Shown piece after piece: positions 1 through 8,092 of a stretch of DNA of 53,176 nt. How positions within the stretch are numbered: the stretch's first letter is position 1; every line of letters starts with the position of its first letter. The stretch covers positions 1 to 53,176 of the forward strand of contig CBFGJV010000003.1 in NCBI GenBank assembly GCA_965649205.1, given 5' to 3'. Under the pieces are notes generated by a model. It worked only from the letters and a program-made list of their open reading frames with translations, ran no database searches and was not told the DNA's origin. A program made the translations under genes and the position numbers. Source of the DNA: a candidate division WOR-3 bacterium (GTDB lineage: Bacteria; Hydrothermota; Tepidihabitantia; Tepidihabitantales; Tepidihabitantaceae).

Positions 1-1
1 G

Positions 2-691
2 GTTCTGTTTGTCTTCGGCCTTAGCCCGAGCCGGGCCTGGCGTCTTGTCCAGGCAAAGGTCGAGCGGCATATCAGCACTTCCGGGGTCATGCGCCAACAA
101 GTCAACCAGTACCGCCGGTACGTCCACGAACTGCTCAAGCTGTTTCGAACACAGTTCGGGCCGCCGCTTGCTAGAGACATTGAACTGGTTATCCGCAAAT
201 GGGCCAACTTCGGACTGAGCCCTACGCTGCTGCAGGAACTATTCTGCATCTGTTTCCTGCGATTCGAGCAGGTTGGCTACATAAGGCCCTGGTCAAAACC
301 GATGGTCTGGCCGAAGAAACGCGGGCCCAAGTCTCGGCGTCTTCCCCGCCGCTCCTATGAAAAGGCGCTCAAGAAGGGCCGTATCCCGCTCAGCCCGGCC
401 AACACGGTCGAGGAACAGGCCGCCGAGCACGCAAAAGGCTCCGAACACGCGGCCGACATCGCTGCAAAGCTCAGGCCGGTGCTTGATGCAGCCGGAATAA
501 CGGGTGACCGGTTTGTCCGATACTATGCCTTTGCCCAGAAACTCGGCCGCCTGTCCCGCAGATATTCAGGCCGGTCCCTGCGCCGGGCCGCGTCTGACCT
601 GATTGACCTGTACGAAGCCAAATCCTTGGACCCGGCGGTCTTGACCGCGATTTGCACTCAGGTATTCAACATCGGCCCGGTCGCACCCTGA
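2..691 (+). CDS. Hypothetical basic protein, 5'-truncated; apparent tandem SIRV2-like (rudivirus major capsid) helical domains
   Basis: Frame is open from position 2 (VLFVFGLSPSRAWRLVQAKVERHISTSGVM...) to TGA at 689-691. C-terminal VLDAAGITGDRFVRYYAFAQKLGRLSRRYSG...DPAVLTAI resembles the SIRV coat protein as I recall it. An internal ATG at 302 would give a 129-aa product. Confidence 0.6.
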   Translation, partial: VLFVFGLSPSRAWRLVQAKVERHISTSGVMRQQVNQYRRYVHELLKLFRTQFGPPLARDIELVIRKWANFGLSPTLLQELFCICFLRFEQVGYIRPWSKPMVWPKKRGPKSRRLPRRSYEKALKKGRIPLSPANTVEEQAAEHAKGSEHAADIAAKLRPVLDAAGITGDRFVRYYAFAQKLGRLSRRYSGRSLRRAASDLIDLYEAKSLDPAVLTAICTQVFNIGPVAP

Positions 692-816
692 ACCCGGCGC
701 ATCCCAACTTGACCCGCGGCTGATTATGAGTAGAAACTGGGCGCGAGGACTGGTGCTGTTCCGACCGGGAAAGAGTCGCTGTCGCCGATTTGCCACGTAA
801 GCATCCTGTTATGTGG

Positions 817-1623
817 TCAGTATCCCAGTGCCAACTGGTCAACGAGATCAGGGCCCTTTTCGCGGCCCACCGCGCGGTATATGTCCAGGAGTTCTTCATA
901 GGTTCCTTCGCCACCAACGTAACTCCAGAACTCCTCGCCAACTAGCATCATAGTCTTGAAGTCCAGGTAGCTTAGCGTGAACGAGTGGTTATAGGACGAA
1001 CGGTCTCCGCCATACGGGTTGTAGGCCATCGCCAAGTACGTCTGAACAGCAGGCGGTCCCGCCTGTTTGATGGCGTGCACGTGAAGCAGGCGGCTAATTA
1101 CTTCAAGGCACTGTCCCTTGTTTGGCTTCGGACTCTTAAGTTCGAAGAACGCCTCAGTGCCATCAGGCTTTCGGATGTAGAGGTCGAGCAACTGCCGGCG
1201 CTGCGTGCCGCTGCCTTTGGCAGAGGTTACCAATTTCACGGCATCCGAGTATTCACCTGACCAGCCATGTTCGTCAATGCGCTTCGTGAGCCGTTCAATT
1301 TCGTCTACTGCGGCAGCGGGTACACTGCCGGCGAGTCTGTATTGCCGCTTGGCTTCGAAGCCGTGCTGGGCCGCAATAAGTCGCGCGGCTTCCTCAAACG
1401 TAGAGCCCAGCTTGGTGGAGAATGACCGTTCAAACTCAGTTACGGCGATGATACCGGCAGGGAGTATCGCCTCGTGGAAAGGTTTTACGTCGCCATTCTT
1501 GGAGAACGTTTTCGTGGGACGTGGCAGTTTCGGATTCTCGCACGGCTTCGTCCGTTCAATCAGACCCTGAATAAACCCTTCGAGGTGTCCTTTGATTAAC
1601 TGTCTGGTTTCTGGTCTTATCAT
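817..1623 (-). CDS. Type II restriction endonuclease, TdeIII/MjaII-like family
   Basis: FERSFSTKLGSTFEE and DLYI...FFELKSPKPNKGQ (PD-(D/E)xK-type) motifs; lies 1 nt downstream of a DNA methyltransferase gene. Confidence 0.8.
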   Translation of the reverse strand: MIRPETRQLIKGHLEGFIQGLIERTKPCENPKLPRPTKTFSKNGDVKPFHEAILPAGIIAVTEFERSFSTKLGSTFEEAARLIAAQHGFEAKRQYRLAGSVPAAAVDEIERLTKRIDEHGWSGEYSDAVKLVTSAKGSGTQRRQLLDLYIRKPDGTEAFFELKSPKPNKGQCLEVISRLLHVHAIKQAGPPAVQTYLAMAYNPYGGDRSSYNHSFTLSYLDFKTMMLVGEEFWSYVGGEGTYEELLDIYRAVGREKGPDLVDQLALGY

Positions 1624-1624
1624 G

Positions 1625-2938
1625 TCACTTCTTCCTCCACACGAGAACGTTCTCGTAGAAATCCCCGCTCCTTCTGCCGGTCCGACGATTCACGTGCCTA
1701 CGGATGATGTGTTCAACGCGCACACCGAGCCGCTTGGCAATTCCTCCGTATAGATTACGCCTGTCACCCACGACAACCACCATGATACCGTCGCTTGGCA
1801 TGTGTTCCATTGTGTGCCGAAACACACTCTCGATGCCTTCCACATACTCCTGCTGTGCTCGTTGCGAAGCTCCCCGTTTTGCCGGGCCTATCTCATTGGG
1901 CTCGGCCCTCCGACTGAGGCCAAGCAGTTCATACGCATACCTGTGTTGCTCGTGGTAGTCTATCAGACCCACATAAGGTGGAGAAGTCATTACCATGTCA
2001 ATACGGGGCAGCTTCACGTTCCGTGCATCGCCCTCGATTACTTCGGCGACCGCATCTGACCTAAGCCGAGCATATTCTCTGACTCGTACTAGAGTGTCAT
2101 AGCAGTAACGATTGATGAACTTGGCGGCGCTCTCTGTGGGCGTACAGATGCGGCCGTGTTTGTAGCATTTGTATGGTCCTGTCTGTGGCCTCTTGGGGAA
2201 GTCTAGGTCAAAGTGGGTAGTCAGTCTCGAGGAGCGGGCCGCGCGGGATAGTATAACCTTCAACAAATTCTGGTGCTTGTAGTCCGGAATGAAGCGCCTG
2301 AAATACAGCAGTTCCGAGAGAGCGCGTGGGTGGTACCACTTCAATAAGTATTCATTATTGCATGTCAGGTGCGGGTGGTCACCGAACTGCAGCTCTCCTT
2401 CGTTCGGACGTACGGCTTCATTGAATCTGCGAAGGATGCTCCGTATTTCACGCTCTACAGCGGAGATATCATAGCGGTCCGTCTTCACTCGTGTCAGCAG
2501 GCAGTTGAACGGCGATATGTCGCAACCGATGGAGTCGATACCAAGAATGCTGGCCTCTACCAGCGTCGTACCCGAACCGCAAAACGGGTCATAGACGCGA
2601 CGCGGTGAGTACTTGCGCAGGAATATCTCCACGAGTTGGGGTATGAACTTGCCGAGGTAGGGATGTAGCCGATGTACATGTTTGGTGCGGATGCGCTCTG
2701 GCAGGTCGCGTTCTGTCCAGTTGAGGTTCAAATTCTCAACTTGGGTAGAAGCATCCACGGCGGCAAACGCGGTGAAGGCCGGCTGGTCGTACATGGGGCT
2801 ATAGCCCATGGGAGCATCTTTCAGCAGAAACTGCTCGCTGTCGGCTTCATCCGGGTCATTGTTCACGGCTAATGAAACCGGAGAGTGCCGCCGCGAAGTC
2901 TTCGGGTGTGCGCGTTTATCGCTCTCCTTCTTCGGCAT
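1625..2938 (-). CDS. Site-specific DNA amino-methyltransferase (probably N4-cytosine), cognate to the adjacent endonuclease
   Basis: Motif X HPYLGKF, motif I DPFCGSGTT, then motif IV TSPPY (alpha-type order). Confidence 0.9.
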   Translation of the reverse strand: MPKKESDKRAHPKTSRRHSPVSLAVNNDPDEADSEQFLLKDAPMGYSPMYDQPAFTAFAAVDASTQVENLNLNWTERDLPERIRTKHVHRLHPYLGKFIPQLVEIFLRKYSPRRVYDPFCGSGTTLVEASILGIDSIGCDISPFNCLLTRVKTDRYDISAVEREIRSILRRFNEAVRPNEGELQFGDHPHLTCNNEYLLKWYHPRALSELLYFRRFIPDYKHQNLLKVILSRAARSSRLTTHFDLDFPKRPQTGPYKCYKHGRICTPTESAAKFINRYCYDTLVRVREYARLRSDAVAEVIEGDARNVKLPRIDMVMTSPPYVGLIDYHEQHRYAYELLGLSRRAEPNEIGPAKRGASQRAQQEYVEGIESVFRHTMEHMPSDGIMVVVVGDRRNLYGGIAKRLGVRVEHIIRRHVNRRTGRRSGDFYENVLVWRKK

Positions 2939-2945
2939 CAGGGTT

Positions 2946-2973
2946 AGTCTAGATACGGCTCAGGACAAGTCAA
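2946..2973 (-). promoter_or_regulatory. sigma70-like promoter of the R-M operon (leaderless)
   Basis: TTGACT(2973-2968)-N16-TAGACT(2951-2946), 7 nt before ATG 2938; no SD. Confidence 0.7.
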
Positions 2974-3048
2974 GAGCGCGGCCGCGCGATGCTTGGTTCG
3001 GCGCAATCGAGGCCGCGATTGACAAGGTGGTAAAGGAAAGCTGAAGCT

Positions 3049-3294
3049 GTGGCGCAGTTGTTTGAAGTTCTATTCTATGACGGATACCAGCAGCCGCCGG
3101 TGTATTATCTGATTGACGGCATCACCGGCGAGACGCCAAAGCAGGCGCTGGCGGATAATCTGGACGCTGTGACCGAGATGGTGCACGAGGTGCTACACTT
3201 GGATTCGAATTGCACTGACCACTTCATCCACCAGTCACTGCTCGTCTTGCGGCCGGGCGGGCTAGGTCAAGCAGGTAAGTCCGTCATTGTTTGA
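3049..3294 (+). CDS. Small hypothetical protein
   Basis: 81-aa ORF filling an intergenic gap; protein-like composition; AAGGA upstream of GTG; no family recognised. Confidence 0.45.
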   Translation: MAQLFEVLFYDGYQQPPVYYLIDGITGETPKQALADNLDAVTEMVHEVLHLDSNCTDHFIHQSLLVLRPGGLGQAGKSVIV

Positions 3295-3319
3295 CATACA
3301 TCTGCCGGCAATCTAGACT
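3291..3319 (+). promoter_or_regulatory. sigma70-like promoter for 3417..4859
   Basis: TTGACA-N17-TAGACT; GGAG SD before ATG 3417. Confidence 0.6.
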
Positions 3320-3416
3320 TGAAATAGTAGGACACGGCAGGCAACCTGCGCAGAAGTGTCGGCGTTTTTTCAAGACTTAAAGCCAGGTGCTCCCGTTCTG
3401 ACGTAACGGAGTAATA

Positions 3417-4859
3417 ATGAAGAAATTATATCACCGCGGTTCGCTGTTGGCAGGTGTGATGCTGGTGCTGGGTGTCAGTGCCAATGCCCAAGTTACGTTT
3501 ATGAAGTCGTACGGCGGTACTGACTACGAGTGGGGTCAGTCGGTTCTGCAGACCGCGGACAGTGGTTATGTCATCGTCGGAGCTACCCGCAGTTTCGGCG
3601 CAGGAAAATACGACGTGTATCTCATCAGGACGGACGCCTTCGGTAATACCCTCTGGACCCGGACTTACGGCGACACTCTAGAACAAGGCGGAGTTGACGT
3701 GCTGCAGACCGGGGACCGCGGATTCGTGATTGTCGCAAACACGCAGACACTGACGCGGAACAATGACATCTGGTTGATTCGGACAACCGCATCGGGCGAC
3801 ACCCTGTGGACCAGGTCTATCGGCACCGCTGCGCGGGATGTGGGCTATTCCTTGGTCGAGGCTTATGACGGCGGTTATGTGATTGTAGGTCAGACCGGTG
3901 AGGGAAGCGGCGCTCTCGCTTATATGGTGAAAGTGACGGCGACCGGTCAGACGGTATGGTCCCGGCAGTTCAGCGCCGGGACACACAATTGCGCAAATCA
4001 GGCACGGCGGGCGACAGATACCGGCTATGTAGCGGTGGGGGTGACGTACGACCCCGGCTATCCGTACTACAGTAACGTGTACCTGTTCAAGACCGATACG
4101 GCCGGCAACCAAGTGTGGTCCAAGACTTACGGGGAACGGTGGAACTACGAATCCGGGTGGGGGCTGGACGCGACCGAGGATGGCGGGTATGTGCTGGTCG
4201 GAAGCGCAGAGCGGCTGGGCGGGGGCGGGTACACGCCTTATCTCATCAAGATTACGGCCGGCGGTGATACTGTCTGGACCAGATGTCCGATATCCGCGCT
4301 TGGCGCCGGGTATTCGGTCTGCACGGCCCGCGACGGCGGATATGTTTTGACCGGCAATGTGGGAGGCGGAAGCGCAACGGACATATGTCTGCACAAAGTA
4401 GGGACGGACGGTGAGAATGTGTGGTCAAGAAGCTGGCCCGGTGGCGGGGAAGATAACGGCCGGTGGATAGTGCGTACCAATGATGGTGGCTATGCCGTCA
4501 CCGGATTCTCCAACAGTATGAGTCAGCCCTATGATATATTCCTGCTCAAAACAAGAGCCGACGGCACTATCGGTATTGAGGAGCCCAAAGTGCGTCCGGG
4601 CAGCGCAAGCCGGCTCCGTCTGTCTCGTATCACGACAACCGGTATGAACATCGGCTACCAGGTTTCAGAAGCGTGCCAGGTCGTTCTCAGGCTGTACGAC
4701 CGCACTGGCAACCAGATTTCAGAACTGGTAAATGGCCACAGAGAACCAGGAAGCTATTCGGTATTGCTCAGTACCGCCAGCCTACCTGCTGGCAGCTACT
4801 TTTGCCGTTTGCAGGCAGGGGGCGTGACCGAGACAGCCAAACTCGCGCTCATCCGCTAG
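3417..4859 (+). CDS. Secreted beta-propeller repeat protein with T9SS/FlgD-like C-terminal domain
   Basis: Signal peptide (...GVSANA-Q); about 7 repeats of DGGYVIVG...YLxKTD..G..xW.RTYG; C-terminal LYDRTG...LPAGSYFCRL...TAKLALIR. Confidence 0.8.
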   Translation: MKKLYHRGSLLAGVMLVLGVSANAQVTFMKSYGGTDYEWGQSVLQTADSGYVIVGATRSFGAGKYDVYLIRTDAFGNTLWTRTYGDTLEQGGVDVLQTGDRGFVIVANTQTLTRNNDIWLIRTTASGDTLWTRSIGTAARDVGYSLVEAYDGGYVIVGQTGEGSGALAYMVKVTATGQTVWSRQFSAGTHNCANQARRATDTGYVAVGVTYDPGYPYYSNVYLFKTDTAGNQVWSKTYGERWNYESGWGLDATEDGGYVLVGSAERLGGGGYTPYLIKITAGGDTVWTRCPISALGAGYSVCTARDGGYVLTGNVGGGSATDICLHKVGTDGENVWSRSWPGGGEDNGRWIVRTNDGGYAVTGFSNSMSQPYDIFLLKTRADGTIGIEEPKVRPGSASRLRLSRITTTGMNIGYQVSEACQVVLRLYDRTGNQISELVNGHREPGSYSVLLSTASLPAGSYFCRLQAGGVTETAKLALIR

Positions 4860-4912
4860 ACGCAACCCAATAGCCTAACCAGACCGGGCTGAGTCCGGCG
4901 GTCTGCAACCTG

Positions 4913-4940
4913 TTGCCAACCTCACCAGTCGCAGTAAGAT
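4913..4940 (+). promoter_or_regulatory. sigma70-like promoter of the corrinoid operon (leaderless)
   Basis: TTGCCA-N16-TAAGAT, 6 nt before GTG 4947. Confidence 0.6.
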
Positions 4941-4946
4941 AGTCTG

Positions 4947-5594
4947 GTGAGTAATCAATCCGAGCTTCTGGCACAACTGGCCGAGGCAGTGGTACGACTC
5001 AAACCTGAGCTTGTGGCCGAGCTGACCAGAAAGGCACTAGATCAGAAGATACCGCCCGAACGTGCCTTGACCGAAGGTCTTGCCGCCGGAATGAAGTTAG
5101 TCGGCGAGAAGTTCGCGTGCCGCGAGTATTTCGTGCCCCAGGTGCTGCTTGCCGCCAGAGCAATGTATGTGGGGTTTGATATTCTCAAGGAAAGACTAAC
5201 GCCTGCCGAATTGCAAACCGTAAGCCGGGGGAAAGTAGCTCTGGGCGTAGTGCAGGGAGATATTCACGACATCGGCAAGAACATAGTGAAGGTTCTGGTG
5301 CAGGCAGCCGGGTTCGAGGTGCTGGATTTGGGTCGGAATGCGCCAGACTCAGCGTTCCTGCGCGCCGCCGAGAATGGCTGCCGGATTATCGGCATCTCTT
5401 CGCTGATGACCACAACGATGCCGCGTATGGGCGTCATCATTGAGGCTCTGGACAAAGCCGGTCTGCGCAAAAATACAAGAGTAATTATCGGCGGCGCGCC
5501 GGTGACAGCCGGTTTTGCCCAGAGTATCGGCGCAGACGGTTACGCCCCTGATGCCTACTCGGCTGTTGCCGAGTTCGAACGGTTAATACAATGA
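4947..5594 (+). CDS. Methyltransferase cognate corrinoid protein (MtbC/MttC/MtaC-like)
   Basis: N-terminal cap domain (GMKLVGEKF...EYFVP); DxHxxG motif GDIHDIGKN; SSLMTTTM; IIGGAP. Confidence 0.92.
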   Translation: MSNQSELLAQLAEAVVRLKPELVAELTRKALDQKIPPERALTEGLAAGMKLVGEKFACREYFVPQVLLAARAMYVGFDILKERLTPAELQTVSRGKVALGVVQGDIHDIGKNIVKVLVQAAGFEVLDLGRNAPDSAFLRAAENGCRIIGISSLMTTTMPRMGVIIEALDKAGLRKNTRVIIGGAPVTAGFAQSIGADGYAPDAYSAVAEFERLIQ

Positions 5595-6667
5595 AAGAGC
5601 ACCTCCTTAGCGAACGGCTGGCAGAGTTGGCCGAGGAGCGCAAGGCCGGCCGCAAAGTCATCGGTTATTCCTCGCACTTTGTGCCGGTGGAACTTATCCG
5701 CGCAGTAGGCGCCATACCGATACGACTGCTGCGCGGAGGATACGAAGCAGAGACTGCCGGTCTTTCCTTTCTCCGGCCGGACGCCTGTCCGCACTGTCTG
5801 GCCACTCTGGGGAATTTCTCCTTGAATCGGACCAGTCTCTACAACCTGGTTGACGCTTTTACTTCCGTGAACACCTGCGACCTTGCCCGACGACTGCCTG
5901 AGTCTATCCGGGTGCACTTTGACCTGCCCACGTTTGAGCTATATCTGCCCCGTAACTCTGAACCTTTTCCGCACCGGCTTAGTGAATTCAGTCGTCAGCT
6001 GGAAGAGATGGGCAGAAATATAGCTTCTTTCTGTGGTACGACATTTGATGAAACCTCTCTGGCCGCGGGCATCAAAACCGAAGAAACTCTGCGCAGCGCA
6101 CTGCGCCGGCTGGCAGGGTCTGGCCTGGCCGAATCTCAGGTGCTGGAGCTTGTTACTCTGGCCACATTGCTGGCACCAGAACGTTTCCTGGCTGAAGTAG
6201 AACAAGTCAAGCCTGTGCGACCGCCGGCAACAAACCGACCGCGGCTTTTGCTCTTGGGCAGCGAGCTGGCAGAAGAGGACCGCTGGATTGTCAACGCCAT
6301 CGAGGAACAGGCAGATATTGTGGCCGACCTTCTGTCCGAAGGTAGGGCCTGGTTTGCCGACAGCTTCCCGGATACCGGTAACCCGCTTGCCGACCTGGCT
6401 TCTTTCTACTTTTTTCGCCAGCCGGCTGTATTCCGCCGGCCCAACGACTATACCTACGAGCGTATCCGCGAACTGATAAGACTAAACCGGGTACAAGGCA
6501 TCATACTCAAGACTCTCCTCTATTGCGACCCCTGGAAGCTAGAAGAGGTAAGGCTGCGCAGGGAAACCGGTCTGCCGCTTTTGCACGTTGAAAGTAACTA
6601 CGCGCCCGAGAACCGCGGCCAGATTCGTACCCGGCTAGAGGCTTTTCTCGAATCGCTGGAAGCTTGA
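5591..6667 (+). CDS. 2-hydroxyacyl-CoA dehydratase family subunit (HgdB/FldC/BcrC-like)
   Basis: GYSSHFVPVELIRAVGAIP; Cys ligands in DACPHC, NTCD and YCDP; C-terminal GQIRTRLEAFLE. Confidence 0.88.
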   Translation: MKEHLLSERLAELAEERKAGRKVIGYSSHFVPVELIRAVGAIPIRLLRGGYEAETAGLSFLRPDACPHCLATLGNFSLNRTSLYNLVDAFTSVNTCDLARRLPESIRVHFDLPTFELYLPRNSEPFPHRLSEFSRQLEEMGRNIASFCGTTFDETSLAAGIKTEETLRSALRRLAGSGLAESQVLELVTLATLLAPERFLAEVEQVKPVRPPATNRPRLLLLGSELAEEDRWIVNAIEEQADIVADLLSEGRAWFADSFPDTGNPLADLASFYFFRQPAVFRRPNDYTYERIRELIRLNRVQGIILKTLLYCDPWKLEEVRLRRETGLPLLHVESNYAPENRGQIRTRLEAFLESLEA

Positions 6668-6670
6668 AAC

Positions 6671-8092
6671 TTGGTACCTGAGAATCTCTGGAAAGACCCG
6701 CCAGCCCGCCGCATCAGTTTTAGAGAATGGGGCGAGCTGTTTCTAAAGGTTCCGGATGAGCTGCTGGACTACTATCACTATTTTCGCAAGGATCAGGAAA
6801 AGCGCGGTGGTCCAGCTCGCTGGTCGGCGTATATGTTTCCGCCCCAGCAGTTTGCCGTTTATGGCTGCCGACATCTCAAACGTCTGAAGTACGACAACTC
6901 GCTGGCCGCCCTGCGCCTGTGGGGTTTTGTACAGAACGAGACCGAACGTCTGTTCCGCGCACGGCAGCTCGGCCGCAAGGTCGTCGCCTGTCTGGGCGAC
7001 TTGGGCGCGGTACCAGTAATTGTCAATTCCTTTCCCGGCGTCACCGCCTTCTATCCGGATTGTCTGTGGTGGACACCGTTTGTCATGGAAAGCAAAGTTC
7101 TTTTCGAAGCCGCGGCCGAACTGGGCATTGGTGAAGCTACCTGTTATTCCCGGGCCGCGCTCGGCGCCTTTGCCAAACACGCCTACTTTCCTGACCCAGA
7201 CCTGTGCATTGCCTCTTCGGGTGCTTCCTGCGACGACTATGCCGCGGTGGAGCAGCTTGCCGCTGCCTTTGCCCGCGACATCATCTGGGCCGAAGAACCG
7301 GTCCGCCCTGCTTCCATCGCAGACAAACCAGACCCCCAGAGTGTCGCCTTTCTGGCGCAGGAATACCGCCGCATAGTCAAACAGCTGGAAGAGCTCACCG
7401 GTCACCACCTCAGTGAAGAAGAACTGCATCAGGGCATACTGAAGGCTAACCGCATCCGTCGGCTAACCGCACATCTGCGCGAGCTGGCCTATGGCCAGGG
7501 CCTGCTGCCGGCACTGGAAATGATGATTGTGGAATTCGGCTGTCTGCACCATTATTCAGACATTGATGAATGGACCGAAGTGCTCGTCCACCTGGCAGAG
7601 ACCGCCGAGCGCAGGAAAGAAAACGGCGAGTCGGTCACCCCTGCAGACGCACTCCGTATCGTATGGGTTACGCCACCGGCCGACCCTCTGTTTCTCTGCT
7701 ATTTCGAGGACGCCGGCTGCCGCATCGTTGGCACCGAATACGTCATCAACCAGGCTCTAGCAATCATCGCCGAGGACAAACCGCCTCTAGAAGCAATCGC
7801 CGAATCGTTTCTGGCCGCCTCGCTCATCGGCACTACCCGGCAGCGCTCTGAGTCAGTCATTACGCAGGCACGCAGACATCAGGCAGACGGTGTGGTCATT
7901 TCCGGCATATTCGGTGGCTCCCACTGCGCCATGGAAACCAGGCTCATCTCCCACTACATCAGAGAAGCACTCGGTCTTCCGGTGCTTGAATTTGATGTAC
8001 CCGACCCGGCTCCGGAAATAAACCAACAGTTGCGCACCCGCATTGAGGCATTCCTTGAAGTCCTGACCGAACGGAGACTTACCGGCAGATGA
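6671..8092 (+). CDS. 2-hydroxyacyl-CoA dehydratase family subunit (HgdA/FldB/BcrB-like)
   Basis: ATCYSR, GASCDD, GGSHC; C-terminal QLRTRIEAFLE; TTG start is uncertain. Confidence 0.85.
   Translation: MVPENLWKDPPARRISFREWGELFLKVPDELLDYYHYFRKDQEKRGGPARWSAYMFPPQQFAVYGCRHLKRLKYDNSLAALRLWGFVQNETERLFRARQLGRKVVACLGDLGAVPVIVNSFPGVTAFYPDCLWWTPFVMESKVLFEAAAELGIGEATCYSRAALGAFAKHAYFPDPDLCIASSGASCDDYAAVEQLAAAFARDIIWAEEPVRPASIADKPDPQSVAFLAQEYRRIVKQLEELTGHHLSEEELHQGILKANRIRRLTAHLRELAYGQGLLPALEMMIVEFGCLHHYSDIDEWTEVLVHLAETAERRKENGESVTPADALRIVWVTPPADPLFLCYFEDAGCRIVGTEYVINQALAIIAEDKPPLEAIAESFLAASLIGTTRQRSESVITQARRHQADGVVISGIFGGSHCAMETRLISHYIREALGLPVLEFDVPDPAPEINQQLRTRIEAFLEVLTERRLTGR

Noticed and set aside
709..800. 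TTGACC-N16-TAGAAA and a 24-codon ORF pointing antisense into the endonuclease gene
   Set aside because: The -10 lacks the conserved final T; the ORF is too short to support
6665..6720. Selenocysteine readthrough of the TGA between the in-frame dehydratase-like genes
   Set aside because: The TGA follows the family's normal C-terminal motif, is not at a Cys-equivalent position, and no SECIS-like hairpin is evident
5591..8092. Double-cubane cluster protein or benzoyl-CoA reductase assignment
   Set aside because: Too few suitably spaced Cys for a double cubane by eye; no activator or aromatic-degradation genes nearby
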